Source: Cycas panzhihuaensis
Lineage: Eukaryota; Plantae; Cycadophyta
Direction: 5' to 3'
DNA length: 64,000 nt
Assembly: GCA_023213395.1 (NCBI GenBank)
Contig: CM041465.1
Location: forward strand, 119,357,741 to 119,421,740
The notes below the pieces were generated by a model. It had not been told where the DNA came from, searched no databases, and was given only the letters and a program-made list of their open reading frames with translations. Of this stretch, positions 26,801 through 38,300 are shown piece after piece (positions within the stretch are counted from its first letter, which is position 1; each line of letters opens with the position of its first letter). The position numbers were made by a program, and so were the translations under genes.

Positions 26801-28261
26801 TTAGCCATATCTTTTGAGAGTAAATCATAGAGGTATTTTTCTCTAATATGGCCCAATTCTTGGATGCCATAGTATAGTTTTATTGATTAATAATACCTAG
26901 GTTTTGCTTGTATTATTATTATATTCTATAACAACCAAACTGTAACTATTAGTAGTCAATGTCTAATGTCAAGCTTATACAACATTCTAAATCAAACCCT
27001 CTTTGCTAATACCAACACTCGTTGAACCATTCCATAATTATCTTTATTAAAAGTCACTTTGATTCCTACATCACATAATTATCTGATAGACAACAAGATC
27101 ATAGCTAAACAAGGGATATCACTTATATTTGAGATAGTTTTAACCCTTCCATTCCTAAACCAAACCTTTATCCGTTCATAACTCATAATTTTATATTAGC
27201 AATAGTCTCTAAGGAATGCTTTACCTCCATTAATACTTTCATATTTATAGAACTTATTCTTATAGGGAGTAACATAAAGCAAGGCTCTAAAGTTAATTAA
27301 CCAAGACTCAACAATTGACATCTTACTTGATGTAGTCAAATAAGCATTACCATTAATTTCATTGAAGGCCTTTGTTACCATGGAAGAATCAACTTTAGGT
27401 GACTTTCTCTTATCAACCTTGGCTCTACATTGGTTCTTAAAATAGCTAGCCTTCCCACATCTATAGAATACCATTAGACCTCTACCTAAAGATTTAAGTT
27501 TTTCTCTACATTCTGATCATCTATACTTGGGCCTTTTTTGGTCATGATATAATACATGACCTCTCACTACTAATGCCTCTTTTGTATCATCTTTAGAATA
27601 TTTTCATCTTTTCTCCTCTGATAACAACATAACACTGACTTTTTCAAACTTTAGGGTGGTAGTAAATGCATTACTTATTGTCATTACAAGGTTGTCTTAG
27701 GAATCAAGAAGTGAACATAATAGGCTAATACATTTGTTTTCTTCATATATTATTAACCTAACTAAAATAAGAAGGCTCACTATAGTGTTAAATATAGTAA
27801 GATGATTTACAACTACATCTCTATTACTCATCTTGAGTGAATATAACTTCTTTTGAAGAAATAATCTATTAACCAAGGACTTTGTCTCATACAAAAACTT
27901 TAACTTGTTCCAAAAAACTTTGGCCATAGACTCTGAGAAAATATTTAATAATACTATATCTAAAAGGCATAATCTTTTGAAACTAACTGCCTTCCCATTA
28001 AGCTTATTTTTATCTTTATTAGACATATTTACAGGCTTTGTTTTTACTACAATAATATATTAATCCCTCTTGACAAGAATATCTTTAATCTTTAACTTCC
28101 ATAGCTTAAAGTTCTAGCCATTAAATTTTTATAATTTCCATCCTTATAGTGCTTACCATGATCTCCACATACAAATTCACTACACAAAGCTCCCACTCAA
28201 GGGGTTCGGGTGTAACACCTATACTGATATAACACTTGTAAAGTATTTAATATATCTAATA
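23847..28261 (-). mobile_element. Element E: degenerate Ty1/Copia with deleted PBS and a truncated 5' LTR
   Basis: ORFs 27697-28026 (gag UBN2-like, KSLVNRLFLQKKLYSLKM) and 27196-27474 (zinc knuckle and protease). INT/RT/RH remnants 24300-26900. The LTR tail 24137-24200 is repeated at 28198-28261. The left boundary is approximate and no TSD was found. Confidence 0.75.
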
Positions 28262-28313
28262 TTATCTTACAGAAATATAGTAGTCTCAGATTATCTTGTA
28301 GAAGTATATTACT

Positions 28314-28456
28314 TGAAGGAGTTAAAACAAGAAGCTTTGATACAAAATAAAGGAATTAAAATAAGAAGCTCTGATACCAAATGAAGGATTTGAAAACAAG
28401 AAGATGCTCTAATACCAAATGAAGGAGTTAAAACAAGAAGATGCTCTAATATTAAA
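28314..28456 (-). repeat. 4 x 34-38 bp tandem repeat TGAAGGAGTTAAAACAAGAAG(AT)GCTCTGATACCAAA
   Basis: Directly visible. Each unit holds the reverse complement of the iMet PBS and the LTR terminal TGAAGGA. Confidence 0.92.
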
Positions 28457-28789
28457 TGAAGGATAAGAAAATATAGAGACAGAGTGGAGCAATGAACAAA
28501 ATGATCAAGCCATTATATTGTATAAGTATAACCAAATATTATATCTAATTCATGTTTAATAGCATGTACAACTTTCCAAATAGAGGTGGTGTCAAAAGGC
28601 ACTAGGGTTTATCACCCTAATAAATATATAGTTGGAGGGAGGACAAAAATCTCCTCAACCTCCAAAATTTAAAATATATTAAAATAATGCTTAACAAAAG
28701 TAACACTTAACCTTACCTTACTTACCTTTATATATATGTACTCACATGTGTAAATGGTAGGAGTTGGGTGATAAACATTAACCCTAACA
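28314..28789 (-). mobile_element. Element G: solo LTR whose U5 end carries four tandem PBS-containing units
   Basis: TG...CA ends. TSD TTACT/TTAGT. Core LTR 28457-28789 plus units at 28314, 28348, 28382 and 28420. Confidence 0.75.
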
Positions 28790-29055
28790 TTAGTCTTAAA
28801 GTATCTTACAAAAGTATAATAATATTTAATATAAATGACAACCTATCAATTCTAATAGAGAATTATTTAATTCTATAGGCCTCTCAATAAACTTCTATGT
28901 TATTACTTACACTTAGTCCAATATCTCAAAGCACTAACTATAAAGGGTGTCTGTATCTATAACCATAAAAGTTATACAAAGGTGTTTTAAAAATGATAGC
29001 TTTATGGTGCTAACCATTAACTAATATATTATAGTAGATATATAATTAATAATTT

Positions 29056-32000
29056 TATTAGAAAATACTAAAAAAATAGACAAGATAGGATTATTTATGT
29101 ATACAATAGTCATAAAATGAATAAGCATATGAGGATAGATTTGATATAAGAAACCCCTTTAGGAAAAAAACTACCGTAAATTTATAATATTATATTTTTA
29201 TAAATATATCATAATATTACAATAAACTTGGATCCTTATTTATAAATCTATAAGTACCTCAAATAATTACATTTGGATTGCATTTGTTAACCTAATATTG
29301 CATAATATTGCCTCATTTACATTAATTAGATAAGTGGATATAATACCACTTTAACATCCCCCCTTAATGTAAATGTGGATTCTAAAAGTATTCCTAGGGA
29401 TTATTCTAACTCTTTATCCTTGTCAATAGATCTCCTTTTAAGGATAACTTCACTAAATCCCAAATTTACATAAACTATGATAATGTAATATTTGGTAAGA
29501 GCTTAGTAAATACATCCTCAAGTTGATCTTTACTTAGACAAAACTCAACCTACACCTTCCCTTATCTGATATTCTCTTGAATATAATGGTGCTTTGCCTT
29601 ATATGTATGTGATTCTTTGGAAATTACTCCAATAGTCCTTGTAATAATATAGCTTCTCTCGCACCAGCACCTAGTCCATGGTACTTAGCCCTTTTCCTTT
29701 ACTAAACTAAGAAGTTGAGCCACTTTAGCCATGTAGATCTTCTCTTCAAGTCTCTATAAAGGAATGTTGACTTAATATTCATACATTGTGACTCCCAACT
29801 ATATGTAGCTACCAAAGTAAGGATTGATCAGAATAATGACATTTTAGAGACTAGTACAAATGTCTCTTCACGGTTGATTCCTTCTTTCTATTTGAAACCC
29901 TATGCATTAAGTCTTATAAACTTACAACTAACTAAGTTCTTTCTTCAAAGATAAAGGAAACAAATTCCATATATCATTCTTCCTCTATTATAACTCTTTA
30001 TTACGAATCTCCTCTTGCTCAAATTATTGGTATCTATCACAAGTTTGACTAGCATGCTAATCCTTATTCTCTATCTATCCTTTAGATCTTCAACTATCAC
30101 ATCAAAGTCCTTAATAGTCCTCCTAGCCCCCAATGGAACATGGGTCATAAATTGTACCTCTTCTTGCAAGGACTTCTCATCATCACTCTCACTAGTTCCT
30201 AGTTCCATCTCAAACATAATATTAAGCACATAGACCTCTATACCTATTAAACCACAACTCAAAAAAGGATGAAATAGAGCATAAAACCTATTTTCAAATG
30301 ACCACTTAACATGATCTATCATTAACTTATCTAATTTGATATCCAGATTAATCACAATGTTATTCCCCCTATAAATCACATAATCTATAAGCTTTGTTTT
30401 AATCATAAACTCCATATAAATATTCTTCAAACTCTTGTGATCCAAGCTGTTGTGATCTTTATTTAAGATGTGTGCAATCAATATACCTAAATAATCAATG
30501 GAAGATTTTTGACTAGTTTAACATACTTCAAGGGTAATATCTTAAGCAACCTTAGAAGAGGCCCCATTAAATAACTAATGTAATAACTTCTACCCAAAGA
30601 CATAGGAGGTAGAAACTTACCATGTACCAAACACCTCTACATCTCCATCACAGTACCATTCTTTCATCTACAACACAATCTTATGTGGGGTACACATAAC
30701 AAACAACTCTTGTTTAATACCATGATTAAGGCAAAACTGATTTTAGGATGGTCGTGCCATACACCTTTCCATTATCACTTTATTTTCAATATAAACAAAC
30801 TAACTTTCCTACATCATACTTATCCAGATATGTATTAATGTTGAACCAACATCTGATAGGCTATATACCCCATCCTACTATCTATTTAACCACCCAAAGT
30901 ATAACAATCCACTAAGAACTGATAACCACTTATATAAATAGGCTAATAGATTGTAATTCTGAACCACTTTACCTCACACATCTAATGTAAAAAGTCACTG
31001 ATATGAATTGAATAAAACACCACTTTATAATAAATCAATCACACCTTTAGTAGTAAATTACAATGATCAAAACCACACCATTTGCTCAGCCTACAATTTA
31101 TTATATCCATAAAACATACATTTTTATTAATTAATGAGCATACACTAGCATTGATATCTTGCCCATTAGTCACCACTAATATGCCTTCTAATCGATCAAT
31201 GAAAGTCCACTGACATTGATATCACATATAATAGTCACCAACAGAGTGTCCAAAAGTGCTCACTTTACCATCAAATCAATGCCTTACTCACATTTCATAT
31301 CACCAAAATCAAATAATCCCTAAAATAATTCATCTGCCTCATACATTGTACAATGTAAATTTACCATAATACGCCCACTTGAACTTTTTGAAAAATCCCT
31401 TCATTGAATACTAGACAATATAAAAAAAGGAAGACACATATGTATTACCACTTGAAATAAGCCATCACTTAAATATTTCAAAGGCAAAACAAATACCCCA
31501 ACTTTATTCAAAGTCCCATATATCAAATAAAAGGTGATTAATCAAAGGGTAGTTATTATGTAAAGGGTAATGACTTAATATAGGTGATTCATCCTTAATG
31601 ATTGGCGATCAAATATCTCATACATTCACTAATATCATTTAACTTTTATAACATAATATCAAACGAAATTGATAATTAAATCAATGTATTAAAAAGGTGA
31701 TGAATTATATATTGATAGGCAATCAATATACATTAATTAATACAGCCATTAAATAAACCTTTGATTTGTGGTGACTCATATCAATGATTAAATATTCCAC
31801 CAAATTGAATCAATGTGAGTAAAATATATATCACAGTATCAACATTTGATTAAATATATTAGTAATCAATATATATAAAGGTGATACGTGAATAAAAATA
31901 ATGGGCAATAAATATTTAAGAGAATACCTTTTTTTTCTACTGTAAATACATTCATGGAAATCGTGTATTATATCTCTCATGGTAAACCTGCAAAATACCT

Positions 32001-33320
32001 GACTCAACAACTCTACAATTACTATGGTGATCTGTGATCTATACATTTCACAAGCTCTGATCTCAGGTTTCGGTAGTTGTGACCAGTGATCTGTACTCTT
32101 TCCATTTCACTGAAACCATCACCTGTGGCTATGTGATATGATGAATAGAGTGACATGATTTTACATCTTAACAACTCTATCTCCATGCATGATTATATGC
32201 TACATTGGTATCACCTTCTTCTACATAACATAAATTAGAATCTATTATTTCACACAATCATAATAGACTTCCATGGTAGCATCTAACTAGTTAGGACTTC
32301 AAACGTTATTTATGCATCTTAATATCTTTATTGCTATGCCATTATCCTATTGCAAATACTCAATGAATCCAACTACAATTTTAATAGACCATGTGCTCTC
32401 CTTTCATCCTCTACAGCATCGACTATCACTACATATCAATAGAAATCTGTAGCTATCTCCTTCAAAGTCTAGTGAGCAACCTCTCCACCTAACTCGTAGT
32501 TGGCTATGATTCATCTCTAAGATATTCAATTATGATCTCCTTTACCAGTAATAATGCTCTCATTCCACCAGTGACTATTCTCCTTAATTCAACCGCAAAC
32601 TCAATGGTAACCCAAATGAATAGATTTGGCACCTTCTACGAGTTTAAAATAGACATCAATAGCTTGCAACTAAGTAACCAGGGGTTGCAATTTCTAAAAC
32701 AGAGGGCACTAGCCTATGCTTTATACTCAAATACCTACATGAATTAAAATATCCTCTTCCACTTCTTTGCATACCTCTAAAAATAAATAAATCCCTATAA
32801 AATAGATAATAGAAGGTACTGAATATGTGCATGATCATTGTATTACCATGTCTGCTTTTTTTACTGTCGGATAAGTTGATCCTTCAAAGTTGAGCTAGCA
32901 TTATCTAGCAACCAATAATCTGAACAATTTGCCCAACATCCACCTACTTATGTATGACTATCTACTTTGATACATTGTTAGAAAACACTAAACATACAAA
33001 CAGGATAGGATCATATATGTATATAGATAGATAAATAGATAGATAGATATATATATATAATAGACATAAAATGAACAAGTACATGGGGATAAATTTGCCA
33101 TGGAAAACCCTTAAAAAAAAAAATCACATAATTATAATATTATATTTTACAAATCTATCATAATGTTACAATGGACTTAGATCCTTATTTATAGATCTAT
33201 AAGTACCTTAAATAATTACGTTTAGATTATATCCATCGACATAATATTACATCATAGTTATTCATATAATATCACCTTATTTACATTAGTTAGCTAAGTG
33301 GATATAATACCACTCTAACA
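29056..33320 (-). mobile_element. Element F: deletion-derivative Ty1/Copia
   Basis: LTRs 29056-29356 and 32976-33320. Perfect TSD AATTT. PPT 29357-29366. PBS remnant ~32964-32975. Short RH, RT (IKSTFLYRDL..KIYM) and INT remnants at 29460-30790. Confidence 0.85.
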
Positions 33321-35388
33321 AATTTTTCTACAATTAGGTAAGCTAAGGGAACCTACAAGGGTCCTTTGATATACATAAAGGTATGTAGAGGCTAACTTCT
33401 AAAGCTAAGTTATGTCTAAGGCCTATCTAAATAATGTTATATGCTTTACTTCATGTATGAACATATACCCATGTATACCTGGCTAGAAATGATAGATCCC
33501 TATGATTTTTAAAGAACCCTAGTATAGGGTCTCTATCTTATTGCTAAGGGAAGGGGAGGGAGGGCTTATTATAGAATTTTAGAGACAAAATAAAAATTGA
33601 ACCAGAAAATAGAAATTAATACAAGGGATAGGATATGTAAGGTTTCACTATGGAAAAAACAAAAAAATATCTTTCTATTGCTCTTACTTCCTCTTTGAAC
33701 TTAACTTAGTTTTATAATTAATCTACAACTCAACTCTAATACCACTTAGAGCATAACTTTTTTTAGTATTCCTTGATACAATAGTAATTTAGTAGATTAA
33801 AGGGCATAAGATAATGATCTAGAGCATCTAACTTTAGCACAAAAGAATGAATAGAATGTATGAACACAAATTTAAATACCAAATAGGAACCAAAATGCGT
33901 AATAGCATGATCTCTTGATATTATTTTAATATAATGAACCATGTATATTTCTTGGGCCTTAAATAGGCATTGATGGATGCTTTACATAAAATCTTATTGG
34001 AGGAAGAAGTAGCTTATAATCCTATTAGTAGACTCAATGATCTATATATAAAACTTAATGGCTAGCACTAACCATCGGGTTACTTAATCACATTTGCTAA
34101 TAGTCACTCCCCATAATTAACAAATAGTTATGTAATAAATAAAATAGAATGAAAGATAAATTAAAATTAAAAAACTAGAGGTAACTTAATTTCATAACTA
34201 TTAGTGACATGCAACTTAAAACCCTAATGTTTATAACATAGTAATAATTATAATTGAGATTGTGGCAATTATGATTCTACCTAACTTAATATTTCCCTCT
34301 ATAGTAAACCCAAGATTAAGGGTTATATGTGTGTTATTATGTGACCTCACTACCTTTGAGTTTTTATTATGAAACCGTTAATGCAGTTATTTTTACAATG
34401 ATAAGTAGGTGTAAACAAATTGGTAAAATGCCTATTCAAAGGTTACAACTAATTGTTGCAATATTGTACTTAATTATTTACATATCACTAGTTAAGTACA
34501 ATTTGTTGTTGAATGTCAAACCTTTTGGTATTGGTTTAGCCTACTCCCAAGATATACACTAACAAGCGTAGACATGAAAGTTTGACAAGTAACTTCAAAG
34601 ATCTTAATAAGTATTAATGAAGCTTGTATGTGAAGGGATTTCCCAGTAAATTAAGAGATAGAAAGGCTAGTTTCCCATTTATTATAGTAAATGATTATAC
34701 CTCTATACAGATATCAATAACAATCTCAAAAATGAAGCATAAATAAAAGTAAGCCAAATGACACAGTTTGATTAATAATACATTAAAAAGATAAAGGTTA
34801 ATTTTCTCCATTAAAGCATTGAAGTGATACAAAATATTTGATCTAATAAAATTAAACATTATAAGGGGAATGTCAAAAAATAATATGTAATTATATTAAG
34901 GGCCATAAGGAGTATTAAATTAATATTATTACTCCTAATAAAAAAAATAGATTAGATAGATTAATTAAATGGGTTAATTATGGTAGTTCAACCTCTCACA
35001 TTTAATTTATATGCTAAAATGTTATACACATTGATCTCATTAAATAATAATATAATTTGAGGTTTTCTTTTTTAATATTATTTTGCATGTATGTATCTTA
35101 ACTTTCTAACATTTTGATATCAAAGTGCTAAATAGTAAAAAGGATGAATAAGATGTAGAATACCCAAGCTTATGACTCTATTTAGGAGAAAAGATTCCAA
35201 AGGCTATGGGATGTTCTACTAAAAACAAAATCAAAAAAAACAAAAGGGAATTACCTATTATCTTAATGCATAATGGTCTTACTATTGAATCGTGGCTTAC
35301 TAAACGCTACAACATCGATACTCTTGAATCTTTTCTATATAGATTTCAGTAGTGTTCCCTAGTTAAGAGTGCTTAGTTGTGAGTTGAT

Positions 35389-38300
35389 TGTTGGAATAAT
35401 GCCCATATTAGGATGATTACCCACCTTGGGGAGATTACCCCTGTTAGGGTAATAACCCAAATCGTGAGAGATATCTTAACAACACTTTGACAAGCGTTTA
35501 TCAATGCTAGGTAGTGGTGGACCTTGAGAGGTGTGCCAAATCCCCTAAATCTCACCTATATCTTCAGGAGGGTCCAAAGACCTTGGTGTTCATTAACACC
35601 ACCATCCTCATATATTATTGGTCATCTCTTCTTGCTTGAATTTCATTCCTCTTCTTTGTTCTTTTGTCCTCATATTCCATCATTTGGTATTAGAGTAGCA
35701 TTGGTCTAAGCACATTTACATTTATTTGCATAAGAATTTATCTACATGTTTGCCTGGCTAACACATAGGATGATTCCATCTATTATATTTACTTGCAATA
35801 GTGGCATCTACTTTCATTGGTACATATCATTATCAATTGTGTATATGTTATAGTTGCTTAACTAACTTTTATTTTGAAATCCTCTCTTAAGTTTGTCTAT
35901 TTAACTATACTACATAATCAACCAACCCATTTGCTATTTATCCTGTGCATGTGATCTACATCTTCTCTCAATTTGTATACATTAAGAACCAAGTTAGGTG
36001 TGAAGTTTTGCATATAGGTTGTGGTTTGTTAGTTGAGAGTTATTATAGTAATATGTTAATTTGTTATTAGATTGAGTTAGATCTTATCATATCTACTTCC
36101 ACAATCTTGACTCCCATATAGTCTATACTTCTACAATCTTTCTCAATTGTTCTACTCATTTGTTTGCATGTATATGTGCCTAATGCATAAATTGAATTTA
36201 TCTATTATATTTGCCTACAAATAGTCATATTTATTGGTATTTTAGAATCCCCCCAAACAAAATCCTATTAGCATATTGTTTACGTTTCTCTATCATCTCT
36301 TTGGAAGGTTTATGCTACATTAATCTAGTCTCTGAGTGCGTAAACTTTATTTCTATCTTGTTGTTTACCTCATATTAATCTAGTGCTCATATTTGCAAAC
36401 CTTATTTCTTCCCTACCATGTGAGCATGTCCATTTAGTACATATGATCTTAGCCCATCTATCAAGTCATTTACAATTGGTCATCACTTAGAGTACTTGGC
36501 AACAGAAGATATATCTACACATCCATGAATATCTCAAGAGTATGAATATTTTCTTATGAATATTCCTCCTTTGCTTCATCCAAAATAGATTCTACTAATC
36601 CCTAGTCCTCCTCTCTATAATGCAATTTTATTATAAATCCCTTCAATCTCAGTAGATATTATACAATTGATTCTTTGAGAAGCCATTCATAGGAATTGGC
36701 ATCTTCTTTGTCCTTATTAGTGTGAGATAAACTAAGGTTTCAAAGTTGGAATTACCACTCTAGAAAACTTTGAGCTGTCTTAAACCGATAAATTTTGTTT
36801 ATCAGAAAGTGGGATGTTTTCTTGTAATACCAATGATGATTGCTTTCTTACTAGTGATGGTAACATTAGAAAGAATTGCTCATTATGTTTCATCAGATGA
36901 GATAGACACCTTGACTCAACTTTGGAGATGACAATAATAGCCATTCAATATCACACATTTTCTACTCGAAGGAACATCGCTCGATATCATATTATTTATC
37001 TATGATTTGTTGTGTTACTACATTATTTCGAAATTATTTATAAAGCACCTCTTATGGCATATCCTCATACAATATTCACTCATATTTATCCAACATGTTA
37101 TACATTTTTTTTTTTCGTTGGCATAAAATCATATGATCTCTTTTTTTTAATATGTACTCCTTCCTTTCTTCACACATTACATATCATAATTTATTTATAT
37201 TTGTTCTATAATAGGTGGCTACGTATATTTATATCTAGCAACTATATAATAATGTTGTCAATACACTCTATCAAAACTATCCATTTACTAGCACTAGTGG
37301 ATCACATCTATGTGTTTAGTTAAAGAGTCTATTATTTTCACCCTTATTTTTTATTAGGCAACTTTGACATGTTTATTTAATCAACGATTATTATCTCATA
37401 CTGTGTGAAGCATTCATATGTGCAATTAATATCAATACATGAACATTTATTGGCCAAATAATTTATACTATGTGCTTCTTTTATTGAAGTATTCAACATT
37501 TTTTTTAGTTCTATTATCCCATAGACCTCTTTATCTTATAGCCTACGAGTCATATTTAGCAAGTAAGTGACCAAAATTTTAGTTTTTTAAAAGGGGCTAT
37601 TCTACTTTTTAAGGGAGCTATCTTAAATTAACACAATTTTTCTACTTGATCAAGGATATCCGATTCCAATAGAGCCTATTTTTAGATTTTCTAGCTCCAA
37701 AACATTCTACATTTCCACCCAAATAAAATGAATGGTTATATGATTATGTTAGGTCTGCATTTAACAACTCTTTTAATGATTGAAAGTTGATGAAAATTCT
37801 CTTTATACTTTGTGCTAAAGGGCTCTTTATTCCTTTTGATCTCCTTGTACTTTTGAAAGTATAACTTGGTTATAAAAAGTTAAAATTAAGTGTCGTTTAA
37901 AGTGTTAAGTTTGTATTTTGATCCTCTATTAAATGAATACTTTTTTAAGTACTTTTAAAATCATTTAATATAATATTTGTATGGTCAAAATTAATGTTAG
38001 TTTATGGGCTTCATATAAGTTGACCCTTAAATAAATCTAACAAAACATTAGCTTATAATCACCATTGATACAAAAATTTTTCTTTATAGGAGGTTAAGTC
38101 CTAATTAGGACACTTGTGCATGTCCTAAAGTTAAAGGATGATAAGTTTTACTTGTATTTTTCGAATGCCTTTATTACATTGTTTAAGTGTATTTTAGTAT
38201 TTCATTCAAGAAATTTATTTTTTAAAAACATTTTATTTTAAGGTAATTTCTTTAACATGGCCTCAAGCATAAGTAATGTAATGGTGCTAATTTTTTATGG

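Larger units (their letters stand above)
2903..34137 (-). mobile_element. Element A: Ty3/Gypsy chromovirus, degenerate, split by nested insertions
   Basis: LTRs 2903-3294 and 33747-34137. PPT 3295-3308. PBS 33733-33744. TSD GACAA/AATAA (differs by two transitions). Domain order RT-RH-INT-chromo in 3300-6550; gag remnants ~22215-23025. Confidence 0.85.
312..35134 (+). mobile_element. Element Z: old, degenerate LTR retroelement, outermost host of the A nest
   Basis: Diverged direct repeats ~312-583 and ~34871-35134 (shared ...GTAGTTCAACCTCTC...ATATCAAAGT). PPT ATAAGGGGAA at 34861-34870 precedes the right copy. PBS-like remnants follow the left copy. The interior (~600-2900, 34138-34860) has no recognisable gag/pol, and the TSD is unclear. 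Confidence 0.6.

Noticed and set aside
28314-28456. Repeat array as CRISPR-like
   Set aside because: There are no unique spacers, the context is eukaryotic, and the units are PBS plus LTR end.
30071-30481. 136-aa ORF as a novel protein
   Set aside because: It is a degenerate Copia integrase C-terminal region and linker (AHI...LDHKSLK).
32900-32945. DVGQIVQIIG resembling ATP synthase beta
   Set aside because: Only 10 residues with no continuation.
36418-37004. Putative ancient ~195-codon ORF in the H leader
   Set aside because: It has about 9 internal stops, near random expectation, and any stop can be rationalised as C>T.
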